64,000 bases of DNA from a virus (IMGVR_UViG_3300026522_000030:4990-68989), one strand, 5' to 3'. Positions 38,810 through 47,989 are shown, counted from the first letter of the stretch. Notes: generated from the letters alone by a model not told the origin. A program made the numbers and translations.

Positions 38810-39975
38810 TGGAATTTTACCAGATATCAGATTCTAATTATCAAAGAGCTTTGAAGTCTCATTTAAGAAAGTATGTTATTCGTGTTGAGTTCCTTTCTTA
38901 TTATGAGAGCGAGATAAAAAATGTAACTCAAAGGACAATTAAAGATGTCGTGGGGTCTTTAAATATCAACCGTCAGCAGCTTACAAGAAGAACGTGTTCT
39001 CTTAGTTTGCTTAATTGCGTGGGGGAAACTTGTGAGATGGTGAATTACGGAGACAAATTTCGTCTTTATATCGGAATAGAAGATGGAGGCGATGTTTACT
39101 GGTTCTCTCAGGGTGTTTTTGCTATTCAAAATGCTGTGCGCTCCGATGACTATTTTACGCTCGAAGGCGTTGACAAGGGTGGAATATTGGACGGAAGTTT
39201 GGGAATGAATATTGTTGACAACCAATATATTGTCCCCAGTGGTGAAAATATAAGAGATGTCATTGTTGACACACTTGGTTTAAATATTGAGTCATATAAT
39301 CATCAGTCTATAAGGTCGAGCGCATTGAGTAGACCTATTGATCCTCAATCCCCTATTGTCGATTTTAAGTATAGGAATTATGTTACTCAATCAGAAATCT
39401 CAATAGATACAAACGCTCCTGTCGGCGATTTACTGACATTTTTGGCAGATGGCTATTCCGCAGAGGTTTATTATGATATTAATGGTAGGCTAATATTTGC
39501 TGATAACTTAGCTATGCAAACTGGCAATGGATATGGTAAATTACCAATTAAATGGACGTTTAAAGAAGATCAAGTCTCCAATGTGCAATACACAAGAAAT
39601 TCAGATGTAAAAAATGTAGTAACCGTTTATACTAATTCCTCCGAGTTTGAAAACGTAAGTGAAGTCATCCGCAATAATAATCCTTCATCTCCTAACCGCA
39701 TTGATTTTGTGGGTGTAAGAAGAATGAACTCGGTTGAAATACCGTATGTCGGGGGAAGTCCAGATGAACAAAGAAAATATTGCGTAGCTCACGGTGAATA
39801 TTTATTATCCCAAGAAGAATTTAATCAGAACTCAATTAGTTTTTCTGCAATTTTAGTTCCGCACTTAGATGTTGGAGATAGAATAATGTACAAAGAAGAT
39901 TCATTTGTAATAAATTCAATTGATATTAATTTGGACGGGACGGAGATGTCGATTGTTGCAACACAAATACAATAA
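38809..39975 (+). CDS. tail-tip hub (Tal-like) protein
   Basis: 388 aa; 'AEVYYDINGRLIF' pattern of hub proteins; position. Confidence 0.6.
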   Translation: MEFYQISDSNYQRALKSHLRKYVIRVEFLSYYESEIKNVTQRTIKDVVGSLNINRQQLTRRTCSLSLLNCVGETCEMVNYGDKFRLYIGIEDGGDVYWFSQGVFAIQNAVRSDDYFTLEGVDKGGILDGSLGMNIVDNQYIVPSGENIRDVIVDTLGLNIESYNHQSIRSSALSRPIDPQSPIVDFKYRNYVTQSEISIDTNAPVGDLLTFLADGYSAEVYYDINGRLIFADNLAMQTGNGYGKLPIKWTFKEDQVSNVQYTRNSDVKNVVTVYTNSSEFENVSEVIRNNNPSSPNRIDFVGVRRMNSVEIPYVGGSPDEQRKYCVAHGEYLLSQEEFNQNSISFSAILVPHLDVGDRIMYKEDSFVINSIDINLDGTEMSIVATQIQ

Positions 39976-39987
39976 GGAGGTGGCATT

Positions 39988-40812
39988 ATGAATGAACTTG
40001 TTAATTATATAAATGATCGTGTAAATCGATTTATAAAAAGAAGTGATATCCTTAATGCCACTCCTGCGATAGTTATAAGTGTTGAGGACGGGAATTGGGC
40101 AACAATAAATATTTTGTCTAATGGCTCAATTTACAGACTGAAAAATCTGAGTGGTTCTTCTTTGGTTGAGGGGCAAGGCTGTCAAGTGTACTATAAAAAG
40201 AACTTATCGCAAGACAACGCTTTCATTGGGGCTGCTGCTACAAACGAGAGTGCAGATATAGATTATGTATATGGTGACAAAACAACAGGCTCTTTATTTG
40301 AAGAAGAAAGAGAAGTTTCAGAAATAAATTTTACTGTTGGAAACAACAATACTGCGATATTGGTATCATATACAATCGACTTACAAGGGGATTCGTCGAA
40401 TGGAGTTTGTTCTTTTAGGGTACGTGTAGATGAAGAATATTTGGAAAGAATTATTAGATGTTCTGTAAGTGCCGGAGAATTAAAAACTGTTTCTCTTACT
40501 TGTCCGATTACTGTTGATAGAGGAGTTCATCAAATTATTGTTGTAGGGCAAGGAAATGGAGTAGTTAGAGAATTAACATCATTTGTTTTCGGAAATGGAA
40601 TAAAAGAATATGATGTTTACGACCCCACTGATGAATCAGATTATACATATGATAGTGATTCAAATATAATTTATTATATTGGTGAATCAAATAAACCAGC
40701 AGTTCCAACTACTTTGAATGGAAAGTCAGTTGAAAAAATATTAGTCACAGGATTTAATTATAGTGAGGTTACATCGGTTTATATTCCAGAAGGAATTGTA
40801 GAAATAGAATAA
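39988..40812 (+). CDS. tail-tip protein ending in a partial BspA-type LRR
   Basis: C-terminus 'PTTLNGKSV..VTSVYIPEGIVEIE'. Confidence 0.6.
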   Translation: MNELVNYINDRVNRFIKRSDILNATPAIVISVEDGNWATINILSNGSIYRLKNLSGSSLVEGQGCQVYYKKNLSQDNAFIGAAATNESADIDYVYGDKTTGSLFEEEREVSEINFTVGNNNTAILVSYTIDLQGDSSNGVCSFRVRVDEEYLERIIRCSVSAGELKTVSLTCPITVDRGVHQIIVVGQGNGVVRELTSFVFGNGIKEYDVYDPTDESDYTYDSDSNIIYYIGESNKPAVPTTLNGKSVEKILVTGFNYSEVTSVYIPEGIVEIE

Positions 40813-40829
40813 TAAGGAGGGATATTGAT

Positions 40830-41678
40830 ATGACAGGAACAGGAACACAGGCAGACCCCTTTATTGTTGATAACTGGCCGGACTTTGTAACGGCAGTGGA
40901 GACTTCTGGGGCATATGTAGCGTTCCCGAAAGGTGGCGGCACCATTGATATGAATAGTGTTGCTCCGGAGGGCATTCAACAAGTTCAACTCAGGTGTGCA
41001 TCTATTGAAGGTAACAATTGGAATATTTGTAATATATATACAGTTGGGCATGGGGCATTTTATTTGTCTAACAATCTAACGATTAACAATCTTAATTTTC
41101 TTAATTTCTACGGGGATTTTCAAAGTGAAGGAGCCCGTTTCTTTGATAATGATGACCACAATCATCAGTACACGTTTAATCTTTGTGCATTTTCCGGGGT
41201 GCTGACGGGTACGCATGATAGAGCTGGATTATTTGTAGCAGGCTATGTATACAGCAAGATAAGACTGCATAGATGTGCTATTAATGTAAAGTTAGACGGT
41301 AATACTAAGCTCATTTATAGTGGTGGGGCCTCCAATACGGCTGCTAACATGGCAGATTTCTGTAACATACAAGTCTCAGGAACTTCGGTCAATTCTTTGG
41401 CAGATAAGTATAATTACCGGAATTGCTATTTTTCTGGAAAATGCTTAAGTAAAGTTGAATTATATACCGTTTCAAATTTCAACGTGTTCAATGTAGACTT
41501 TACAGAAGCAGAGGGATTTACTTGCTATTGTGAAAATCCTAACGCAATTAATATCATCAACACCGACATACTGCCATCCGGAGTAACTGGTGGTACAGGA
41601 TTCACAGGAGTTACAGAGGCTCAAATGCTTGATGCTAATTATCTGGCAGCGCTGGGATTCCCGATAGGAGTTGATTAA
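40830..41678 (+). CDS. putative tail adhesin / beta-helix protein
   Basis: N-terminal 'GTGTQADPFIV' motif; N/C/F-rich beta-helix-like composition. Confidence 0.55.
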   Translation: MTGTGTQADPFIVDNWPDFVTAVETSGAYVAFPKGGGTIDMNSVAPEGIQQVQLRCASIEGNNWNICNIYTVGHGAFYLSNNLTINNLNFLNFYGDFQSEGARFFDNDDHNHQYTFNLCAFSGVLTGTHDRAGLFVAGYVYSKIRLHRCAINVKLDGNTKLIYSGGASNTAANMADFCNIQVSGTSVNSLADKYNYRNCYFSGKCLSKVELYTVSNFNVFNVDFTEAEGFTCYCENPNAINIINTDILPSGVTGGTGFTGVTEAQMLDANYLAALGFPIGVD

Positions 41679-41680
41679 TT

Positions 41681-42646
41681 ATGGCTCAAATTAATTTGCC
41701 CTACCCCTCCGGAATAAGTCTTATATATGAATATAGTGATTGTACAAATAGTAGTTGGGGAGACAAAGTGTCTGGTCATCCCTTAGAGATATACTCACCT
41801 ATTCTGCATGATGACTATGTAGAGTTTGTCGGAAGTGATACAAGCTATGCAAAGCTGACATATGGTGGTACATCAGGAGGTAATGCTGAAAACAGTGATT
41901 ACTGTATCAGATATGCTTTAGTGAAGAACTTATCTCAGGTGTACAGCAATTGGAGAACAGTTTTTGGTAATGAAACAGCTAATACATACTGTTCTACCAT
42001 TGCTATGGATTCATCGGGAGTTATTAACTTCACTCGACAAGACATAATTCAATCAGGTAGTTATAAATATATAAATGACTGGCACGTAATAGCTTGGACT
42101 TCAAATAAGATTACAGGTCAATCTGCTCTGTATATTGACGGTACAAAGATTGGTACTGCCTCTGGGTGCGATGGATGGGCTGCTGACACATACTTCTTTA
42201 GGGGTTCTTCATGGTATTACAACAACAATAACACAGCCATAAAGTGTTTTATTGTTGGTGATACCATTCCAAGTGATTCTGAAATTCAGCAAAATTCATG
42301 GTATTTGTATGATAAATATCTTGCTTTTTGGAGTATTGATGATTCTAATAATATAACTAATAAATATTTCATTCCCATGCCAGAGCTGTATGACACTCTA
42401 CCCGATGCACTATGGAGAACGGAAGATAATAATTTGTTTAACAAACTAATGCCACAAAACACTTATCTTGGGGCTTTTGCTAATGCCACTCAGTTGCGTA
42501 GAATCTCGATACCTAAATCGTGCAAAAAGATTGGAAGATACTCTTTTAGAAATACAAAACTCACAGCGGTCACAATTGCAAGTGATTGCGTTTATTACGA
42601 TACTTCGTTTCCTGCGGGGTGCGTGGTGAATTTTTATCCAGATTAA
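41681..42646 (+). CDS. putative receptor-binding protein: LamG/ConA-like domain plus BspA-type LRR
   Basis: 'DWHVIAWT..LYIDGTKI' LamG pattern; 'GAFANATQLRRISIPKSCKKIGRYSF' LRR. Confidence 0.7.
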   Translation: MAQINLPYPSGISLIYEYSDCTNSSWGDKVSGHPLEIYSPILHDDYVEFVGSDTSYAKLTYGGTSGGNAENSDYCIRYALVKNLSQVYSNWRTVFGNETANTYCSTIAMDSSGVINFTRQDIIQSGSYKYINDWHVIAWTSNKITGQSALYIDGTKIGTASGCDGWAADTYFFRGSSWYYNNNNTAIKCFIVGDTIPSDSEIQQNSWYLYDKYLAFWSIDDSNNITNKYFIPMPELYDTLPDALWRTEDNNLFNKLMPQNTYLGAFANATQLRRISIPKSCKKIGRYSFRNTKLTAVTIASDCVYYDTSFPAGCVVNFYPD

Positions 42647-42672
42647 AGTCGCTCGTGTTGGGCGACTTTTTC
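42645..42672 (+). terminator. intrinsic terminator
   Basis: AAAGTCGCTC/GGGCGACTTT stem followed by T-tract. Confidence 0.7.
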
Positions 42673-42707
42673 ATACACACATATAACTATAGAAAGGAAG
42701 ATGAGTT

Positions 42708-43013
42708 ATGGCAAACAGATATTCTGTTATCAATGGAGACTTATATGCGAATGGTGTCGTAAATGAAATGAAAGTTTCAACAGGTTCAGACATCAGAATT
42801 AAGGCTTCGGGCACAGGCTCTTGCAAGGTGGTTGGCAAACTGACCGCTAATGGCGATTACAAAGTTCTTTCTCTTGTTAGATTAAAGGACTTTGCAGTTG
42901 TAGACACTATAACTGATAATGAAATTTACGCCGCCGACGCAAGTGGTCTGCACACAATTTCGCTTGAAAGTGCAAGCGGTTTTACTAATGTATGGGCGAC
43001 TATTCTTGCGTGA
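42708..43013 (+). CDS. hypothetical beta-rich protein
   Basis: 101 aa, AAAGGA RBS. Confidence 0.7.
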   Translation: MANRYSVINGDLYANGVVNEMKVSTGSDIRIKASGTGSCKVVGKLTANGDYKVLSLVRLKDFAVVDTITDNEIYAADASGLHTISLESASGFTNVWATILA

Positions 43014-43029
43014 GGAGGTGTTTTAATAT

Positions 43030-44127
43030 ATGGATATAGTAACATTAGGCGCGGCTCTTAATGGTTCTGCGGAATATGTAAACTCCCACTTTAAAGGTGG
43101 TTCAAACATTCAGATAGTAAATAATCCTGATGGAACGCAGACAATTAATGCGAGTGGTGAAGTAAGTTCCGAAGATACTGTTGCAAGAGCTGAGATTGCG
43201 GCTATTAAGGACGGCACAAACATTGATAGCTTTGGCGACGTTGAAAGCGCATTAGGTAATAAGGCTGACTCCTCAACAACCTATACAAAGACTGAGGTTG
43301 ACACGGCTCTCGGCGGTAAGGTTGACAAGGAAACAGGCAAAGGACTATCAACAAACGACTATACTGATACTGAAAAAGCAAAGCTTGCAGGTATAGAGGC
43401 ACAGGCTAATAAAACAACTGTTGACGATAGTCTCAGCGGTTCTTCTACAAATCCTGTTCAGAACAAGGTTGTTAAGACGGCTCTTGACGGCAAGGCAAAT
43501 GCCTCAACAACCTACACAAAGACCGAAGTTGATACAGCTCTTAGTGGTAAGCAGGCAACACTCACAACTGCACAGCTTGTGGCTGCAAACAGTGGTATTA
43601 CATCTGCTGACGTTGCACAGATTACAACAAATAAAAACAATATTTCATCCATTAAGGAAAAAACCGATAATATCATAATTGATAGCAACCGCAACATCTA
43701 TATACAGGCTACTGCACCAACAGGCACAATCCCAGTTGGTTCGACGTGGATTAGTGGCGGTTCGCTCAAAGGATATGTGCAAGAATCCAACGTATCAACC
43801 GCAACAATAGAGCAGGGTACTTTTAATGCTGACGGAAGCGAATCACCTAATAAGAACAGAGTGCGAACTACATTTGACACGGATATTTATTCAATGGGTG
43901 CTTATACTGTATCAATAACAGGCGCTAATGATGTACTTGTGTTCGTATATGATTCAGACAAAACTTGTATTCAGTCGGAAGGTTCGAATGGGTGGAAATC
44001 TCTTCCCTATTCATTCAATCTTGCAGGTGATAGGTATGTAAAATTTGCTTTCCGAAAAACTTATGACGCGGCTATATCGCCCTCAGATGTCAGCAATTAT
44101 GCACTTGCATTCCAAGGTTGGAAATAG
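43030..44127 (+). CDS. tail fibre-like protein
   Basis: internal repeat KADSSTTYTKTEVDTALGGK / KANASTTYTKTEVDTALSGK; 'GKGLSTNDYT..EKAKL' fibre motif. Confidence 0.7.
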   Translation: MDIVTLGAALNGSAEYVNSHFKGGSNIQIVNNPDGTQTINASGEVSSEDTVARAEIAAIKDGTNIDSFGDVESALGNKADSSTTYTKTEVDTALGGKVDKETGKGLSTNDYTDTEKAKLAGIEAQANKTTVDDSLSGSSTNPVQNKVVKTALDGKANASTTYTKTEVDTALSGKQATLTTAQLVAANSGITSADVAQITTNKNNISSIKEKTDNIIIDSNRNIYIQATAPTGTIPVGSTWISGGSLKGYVQESNVSTATIEQGTFNADGSESPNKNRVRTTFDTDIYSMGAYTVSITGANDVLVFVYDSDKTCIQSEGSNGWKSLPYSFNLAGDRYVKFAFRKTYDAAISPSDVSNYALAFQGWK

Positions 44128-44152
44128 AATAAAAAGGTAATTTCAAAGGAGG

Positions 44153-44683
44153 TTGATGGCAACGCATAATGTTTTTACTAAACTTGCAAACCGTATGGTG
44201 GGTGCGATGATGGTTCATACTCAGCTTACGGAATTGTTTAACTTCATAGACCTCGAAGCTGATGCAAAACGTCAGAAAAAACAACTTCACGAAGAGTCAG
44301 ACGGTCTTTTGAAGTTAGAGAAGTATGCTGCACAGCATCATCATATACTGATAACGTCAGACAATCCACCACAGGTGGACATATTGAATCTCGACATATT
44401 AAAACGTCCAAATGACAAGCTGTCGCCAGATGATAAAATACACCTCATTCAATACGCATTAAAGGAATGGATTGAGTGGGAGAAGAAAAGCAAAGTCATA
44501 TACGAGGACTCCTATCGCAATCTCATAGATATGTCAGAGATAGCTACAGCGGATTTCGTTCTGCAATATGTCAGAGACGTGGACAAAGAGCTGAGAGATG
44601 CGGAATTTCTCTATCGAGTAAGGGATGCTATTGATTGGGATTTGCCGACTATATACGACAAACAGGCAAGGCTGAGTAAGTGA
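44153..44683 (+). CDS. ferritin-like four-helix-bundle protein
   Basis: helices with 'HEES', 'EWEK' and 'ATADFV..DVDKEL' resembling ferritin helices B-D. Confidence 0.55.
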   Translation: MMATHNVFTKLANRMVGAMMVHTQLTELFNFIDLEADAKRQKKQLHEESDGLLKLEKYAAQHHHILITSDNPPQVDILNLDILKRPNDKLSPDDKIHLIQYALKEWIEWEKKSKVIYEDSYRNLIDMSEIATADFVLQYVRDVDKELRDAEFLYRVRDAIDWDLPTIYDKQARLSK

Positions 44684-44684
44684 T

Positions 44685-45068
44685 ATGTTTATACAATACA
44701 ATGAAAACCCACGAGACAACTTTCGAGCAGGAGATTGTGTTGTAAGGGCAATCTCTGTTGTTACAGGCGACCCGTGGGAAAAGATATATGTTGAGCTATG
44801 TGCCGAGGGGTATTTTATGGGAGATTGGGGTAATAATAATGCGGTATGGGACGCTTACCTTAGACGTAGAGGGTTTAAGAGGTATATTTGTCCTAACGAC
44901 TGCCCTTATTGTTATTCAGTTGCAGACTTTGCAAAAGAACATCCAAAAGGCTCATATATCCTCGCTACTGGCAGTCACGCCGTTGCTTGTGTTTCAGGAG
45001 ATTGGATTGATTCTTGGGATAGTGGCTCGGTAACACCGATATATTATTATACGAAAGAGGGTGATTAA
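44685..45068 (+). CDS. putative papain-like (C39-like) cysteine peptidase
   Basis: 'GDCVVRAIS' Cys, 'GSHAVAC' His and 'IDSWD' Asp. Confidence 0.55.
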   Translation: MFIQYNENPRDNFRAGDCVVRAISVVTGDPWEKIYVELCAEGYFMGDWGNNNAVWDAYLRRRGFKRYICPNDCPYCYSVADFAKEHPKGSYILATGSHAVACVSGDWIDSWDSGSVTPIYYYTKEGD

Positions 45069-45437
45069 ATGGCTTGGGGAAATCAATACGGATACGGACA
45101 ACCTGTAATGCAACAACCTCAAATGACTACATTTATCAACGTGCCTTCCGAGGAAGTTGCATATAAATGGAGAGTTGACCCCAATACTTCTGTTAATTTT
45201 ATCAATGAAAACGAGGGGTTTGTTTACAGGAAGTCTGTTGGTATGTCTATTCTTGAACCCTTTTTGTTTGAAGTCTATCGTCTTGAAAAGGTGGGAGATA
45301 ATAATCCTAAAAACGAAGAACAAGCACAAAGCGCACCAAACATAGATTTGTCTGAATATATAACAAAATCAGAGTTTGAAGCCTACAAACAGACGATTGA
45401 TGAAATGAAGAAAATTGTAGAGGAGTTGAAAGGTTAA
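45069..45437 (+). CDS. hypothetical protein (Q/G/Y-rich N-terminus, C-terminal coiled coil)
   Basis: coupled ORF in cassette. Confidence 0.75.
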   Translation: MAWGNQYGYGQPVMQQPQMTTFINVPSEEVAYKWRVDPNTSVNFINENEGFVYRKSVGMSILEPFLFEVYRLEKVGDNNPKNEEQAQSAPNIDLSEYITKSEFEAYKQTIDEMKKIVEELKG

Positions 45438-45679
45438 TGGCTAATCCTTTTGTTTCACAAAATCAAAATCAGGCTCAACCAATGCAAGGGCAACCACAGA
45501 TGCAACAGCCTAATTTCGATCAGGCTTATCAGCAGTTTGCTCCTAATTGGAGACAGTATTTTAAGAATTTACCAGAAGATATACAGACACCAGAACAAGC
45601 GGTTAGGTATTTTGCGCAGAACGGTCAAATACCACCACTTATTCAGAGACAGGTTTATTCAATGCTCAACAGGCGGTAA
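45437..45679 (+). CDS. hypothetical Q/P-rich protein
   Basis: 80 aa coupled ORF. Confidence 0.75.
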   Translation: MANPFVSQNQNQAQPMQGQPQMQQPNFDQAYQQFAPNWRQYFKNLPEDIQTPEQAVRYFAQNGQIPPLIQRQVYSMLNRR

Positions 45680-45791
45680 TTTTGGTATTGGGGCAATAGC
45701 CTTGATATAAATTCATTTATTTTACACACCGGTTGCACATAATGGATGCAATCGCTCACCCCTAACAGTTTGGGGAGAAAGGAGAGTTATT

Positions 45792-46691
45792 ATGGCTCTT
45801 AACAATGGAAATGGAACAGACACAACAATGCTCGTAACACCTTCTTATGGTATGCCGTTTGGTGGCGGTTACGGTGGCGGAAACGGTCTTTTCGGTGGTG
45901 GAGATAGCTGGCTCGGAATACTGTTTCTTATCGCTCTCTGTAATGGCGGATTCGGTTTTGGTGGTGGCTTCGGCGGCGGCTATGGCAATATGATGCTTGG
46001 CTATGACTTCCCTTGGCTTCTTAACGGTCAGAACGGAATTAACAACAATGTAAATGGTGGATTCCGTGACGCACAGCTCCACGACAGCATTACTTCTACT
46101 CGTGATGCAATCTCGGCTCTCGCAACTCAGTTATGTCAGTGCTGTGGCGATATGCAGATGGGTATGCTTAACGGCTTTAACGGTGTCAATAATTCTATTT
46201 TCGGAGCGCAGACAGCTCTTTCACAGCAGATGAACGCAAACGAAATTGCAAGTCTTAATCGCTCATTTGCAGAGCAGACAGCAAATGCACAGGGATTCAA
46301 TGGCGTACAGGCAGGTCTTTCTGATGTCCGCTACACAGTAGCACAGGAGAACTGTCAGGACAGATATGAGGCAGCTCAGAACACAAGAGACATCATTGAT
46401 TCCAATACAAGAAATACACAGGCTATTCTTGACAAGCTTTGTGCTCTTGAACTCGATGGTGTAAAGGCACAGCTTGCACAGGCTCAGAGAGAGAACGTTG
46501 GCTTACAGAATCAGATAAATCTTGCTACAACAAGAGCTGAGAATCTTGTAAACGCAGACAACATTGTAGACAATGTGTATAATCGTCTCAAGAATTGTCC
46601 TGTAAGCAGCACTCCTGTTTATGGTAACACACCTATCTTCACTTGCCCTCAGAACGTAAACGCTGGTTGTGGATGCAACGGCTCTTTCTGA
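45792..46691 (+). CDS. Gly-rich / hydrophobic N-terminus, coiled-coil, Cys-cluster protein of unknown function
   Basis: GGGYGGG..WLGILFLIALC..GFGGG; QLCQCC; C-terminal CGCNGSF; strong codon bias. Confidence 0.8.
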   Translation: MALNNGNGTDTTMLVTPSYGMPFGGGYGGGNGLFGGGDSWLGILFLIALCNGGFGFGGGFGGGYGNMMLGYDFPWLLNGQNGINNNVNGGFRDAQLHDSITSTRDAISALATQLCQCCGDMQMGMLNGFNGVNNSIFGAQTALSQQMNANEIASLNRSFAEQTANAQGFNGVQAGLSDVRYTVAQENCQDRYEAAQNTRDIIDSNTRNTQAILDKLCALELDGVKAQLAQAQRENVGLQNQINLATTRAENLVNADNIVDNVYNRLKNCPVSSTPVYGNTPIFTCPQNVNAGCGCNGSF

Positions 46692-46706
46692 TTGGAGGTG
46701 GCGTGA

Positions 46707-47198
46707 ATGGCTACTGAATTTAGCGCAAATGCAACACAGGTTGTACAGATTAATCAGCCTGTAATATTTACCGAGTCTCCTGTTCCTTGTAACAGAGGAC
46801 TCGTATTCCATAGGGATGAAAGTGGCATCTTTCTTCTCGCAAGCAATGTACCTTCAACTAACACTTGTAGTTGCGGTTGCAGAAAAATCTACGAAACATT
46901 TTATAAGGTAGAGTTTGGCGGAAATATTTCTGTTCCTACCGATCCTGCTGGCACAGTTGAGCCTATAAGCCTTGCTATTGCAATCGACGGTGAAACTGAC
47001 CCAAGCAGTATTATGACCGTCACAGTACCTTTGGTGTCTGATACTTTTGGAGATAATGTTAGCACTTCAATTATAGTAGCAGTACCCAGCCTTTGTGGTT
47101 GTGAAAGTGTTTCAGTAAGAAATATCAGCACACAGGCAATTAATGTAACAAATGCCAATTTGGTTATCACCTATATTGGCAATCGTAGAGTTAGATAA
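46707..47198 (+). CDS. putative BclA-CTD/C1q-like jelly-roll protein
   Basis: alternating beta-strand pattern 'YKVEFGGNI..ISLAIAIDGE..VSVRN..NLVITY'; SCGC motifs. Confidence 0.5.
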   Translation: MATEFSANATQVVQINQPVIFTESPVPCNRGLVFHRDESGIFLLASNVPSTNTCSCGCRKIYETFYKVEFGGNISVPTDPAGTVEPISLAIAIDGETDPSSIMTVTVPLVSDTFGDNVSTSIIVAVPSLCGCESVSVRNISTQAINVTNANLVITYIGNRRVR

Positions 47199-47212
47199 GA
47201 AAGGTGGCAAAC

Positions 47213-47656
47213 ATGGATAAGAAGATTGATATTCTTTATGACCTTTGTGAGATGACCTTTAAGGAGTTAGAATCCACAAAGAGAGAGCTTGAAAACGCTG
47301 GTGGTCAGCTTGACGAACAGCACGTTGAATACCTCAAAGACCTCACGGAAATGCTGAAAGATATTAAGTGTGTTATTGGCATGATGGAGGATGAGGAAGA
47401 AGGCTATTCTGGCAACTACTACTATGACGATGATATGCCTATGGCAAGAGGCGGTCGTGGCGGTAGATCAAACGCTCGTGGTGGACGTTCTAATACTCGT
47501 GGCGGTTCTTATGAACGTGGACGTAGCAACCGCAGAAGCTATGGTCGAATGGAATCTCGTGACGATTTTATGGATAGATTTGAGGAACTCATAGACGAAG
47601 CTCCTGATGAGGCAACTCGCAAGAAATTTGAGCGTCTTATGATGGAGATGAAGTAA
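47213..47656 (+). CDS. acidic coiled-coil protein with RGG-rich low-complexity segment
   Basis: 'ARGGRGGRSNARGGRSNTRGGSYERGR'. Confidence 0.8.
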   Translation: MDKKIDILYDLCEMTFKELESTKRELENAGGQLDEQHVEYLKDLTEMLKDIKCVIGMMEDEEEGYSGNYYYDDDMPMARGGRGGRSNARGGRSNTRGGSYERGRSNRRSYGRMESRDDFMDRFEELIDEAPDEATRKKFERLMMEMK

Positions 47657-47663
47657 TTATGAA

Positions 47664-47697
47664 GGGGCGGTGGTTAATCGCTACCGCCCCATTTTTT
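47664..47697 (+). terminator. intrinsic terminator closing the cassette
   Basis: GGGGCGGTGG/CTACCGCCCC stem followed by ATTTTTT. Confidence 0.85.
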
Positions 47698-47712
47698 ATT
47701 AGAGGTGATTAT

Positions 47713-47898
47713 ATGAGAATTAGAGATAGATTGGCTAAACTAATAGATGTAAAATCTCTTATCACTTTTGCTCTCACGGCAACATTTGTGTATCTTGCAA
47801 TCGTAGGTAAAATTGAACCACAAATTTTTATGACGATATATACCGTCGTAATTGGATTTTACTTCGGCACACAAGTTGAAAAGAATAAAAAGGAGTGA
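47713..47898 (+). CDS. putative holin
   Basis: 61 aa, two hydrophobic helices, charged C-terminus, precedes endolysin. Confidence 0.65.
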   Translation: MRIRDRLAKLIDVKSLITFALTATFVYLAIVGKIEPQIFMTIYTVVIGFYFGTQVEKNKKE

Positions 47899-47903
47899 TT
47901 TTA

Positions 47904-47987
47904 ATGGACGATAAAACTATTTTACTCAGCGCAGAAGCAGAAGAAGAACTCTCAAACGGAAAAGGAAATGACGAAGAGGAGGTGTGA
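47904..47987 (+). CDS. 27-aa acidic peptide (not in ORF track)
   Basis: AAGGAG RBS, ATG 47904, MDDKTILLSAEAEEELSNGKGNDEEEV, TGA 47985-47987 abutting the amidase start. Confidence 0.55.
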   Translation: MDDKTILLSAEAEEELSNGKGNDEEEV

Positions 47988-47989
47988 GT

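Noticed and set aside
39988-44127. Diversity-generating retroelement acting on tail adhesins
   Set aside because: No reverse transcriptase and no template/variable repeat pair with adenine-specific mismatches was seen. The 43261/43491 repeat is an in-frame fibre repeat.
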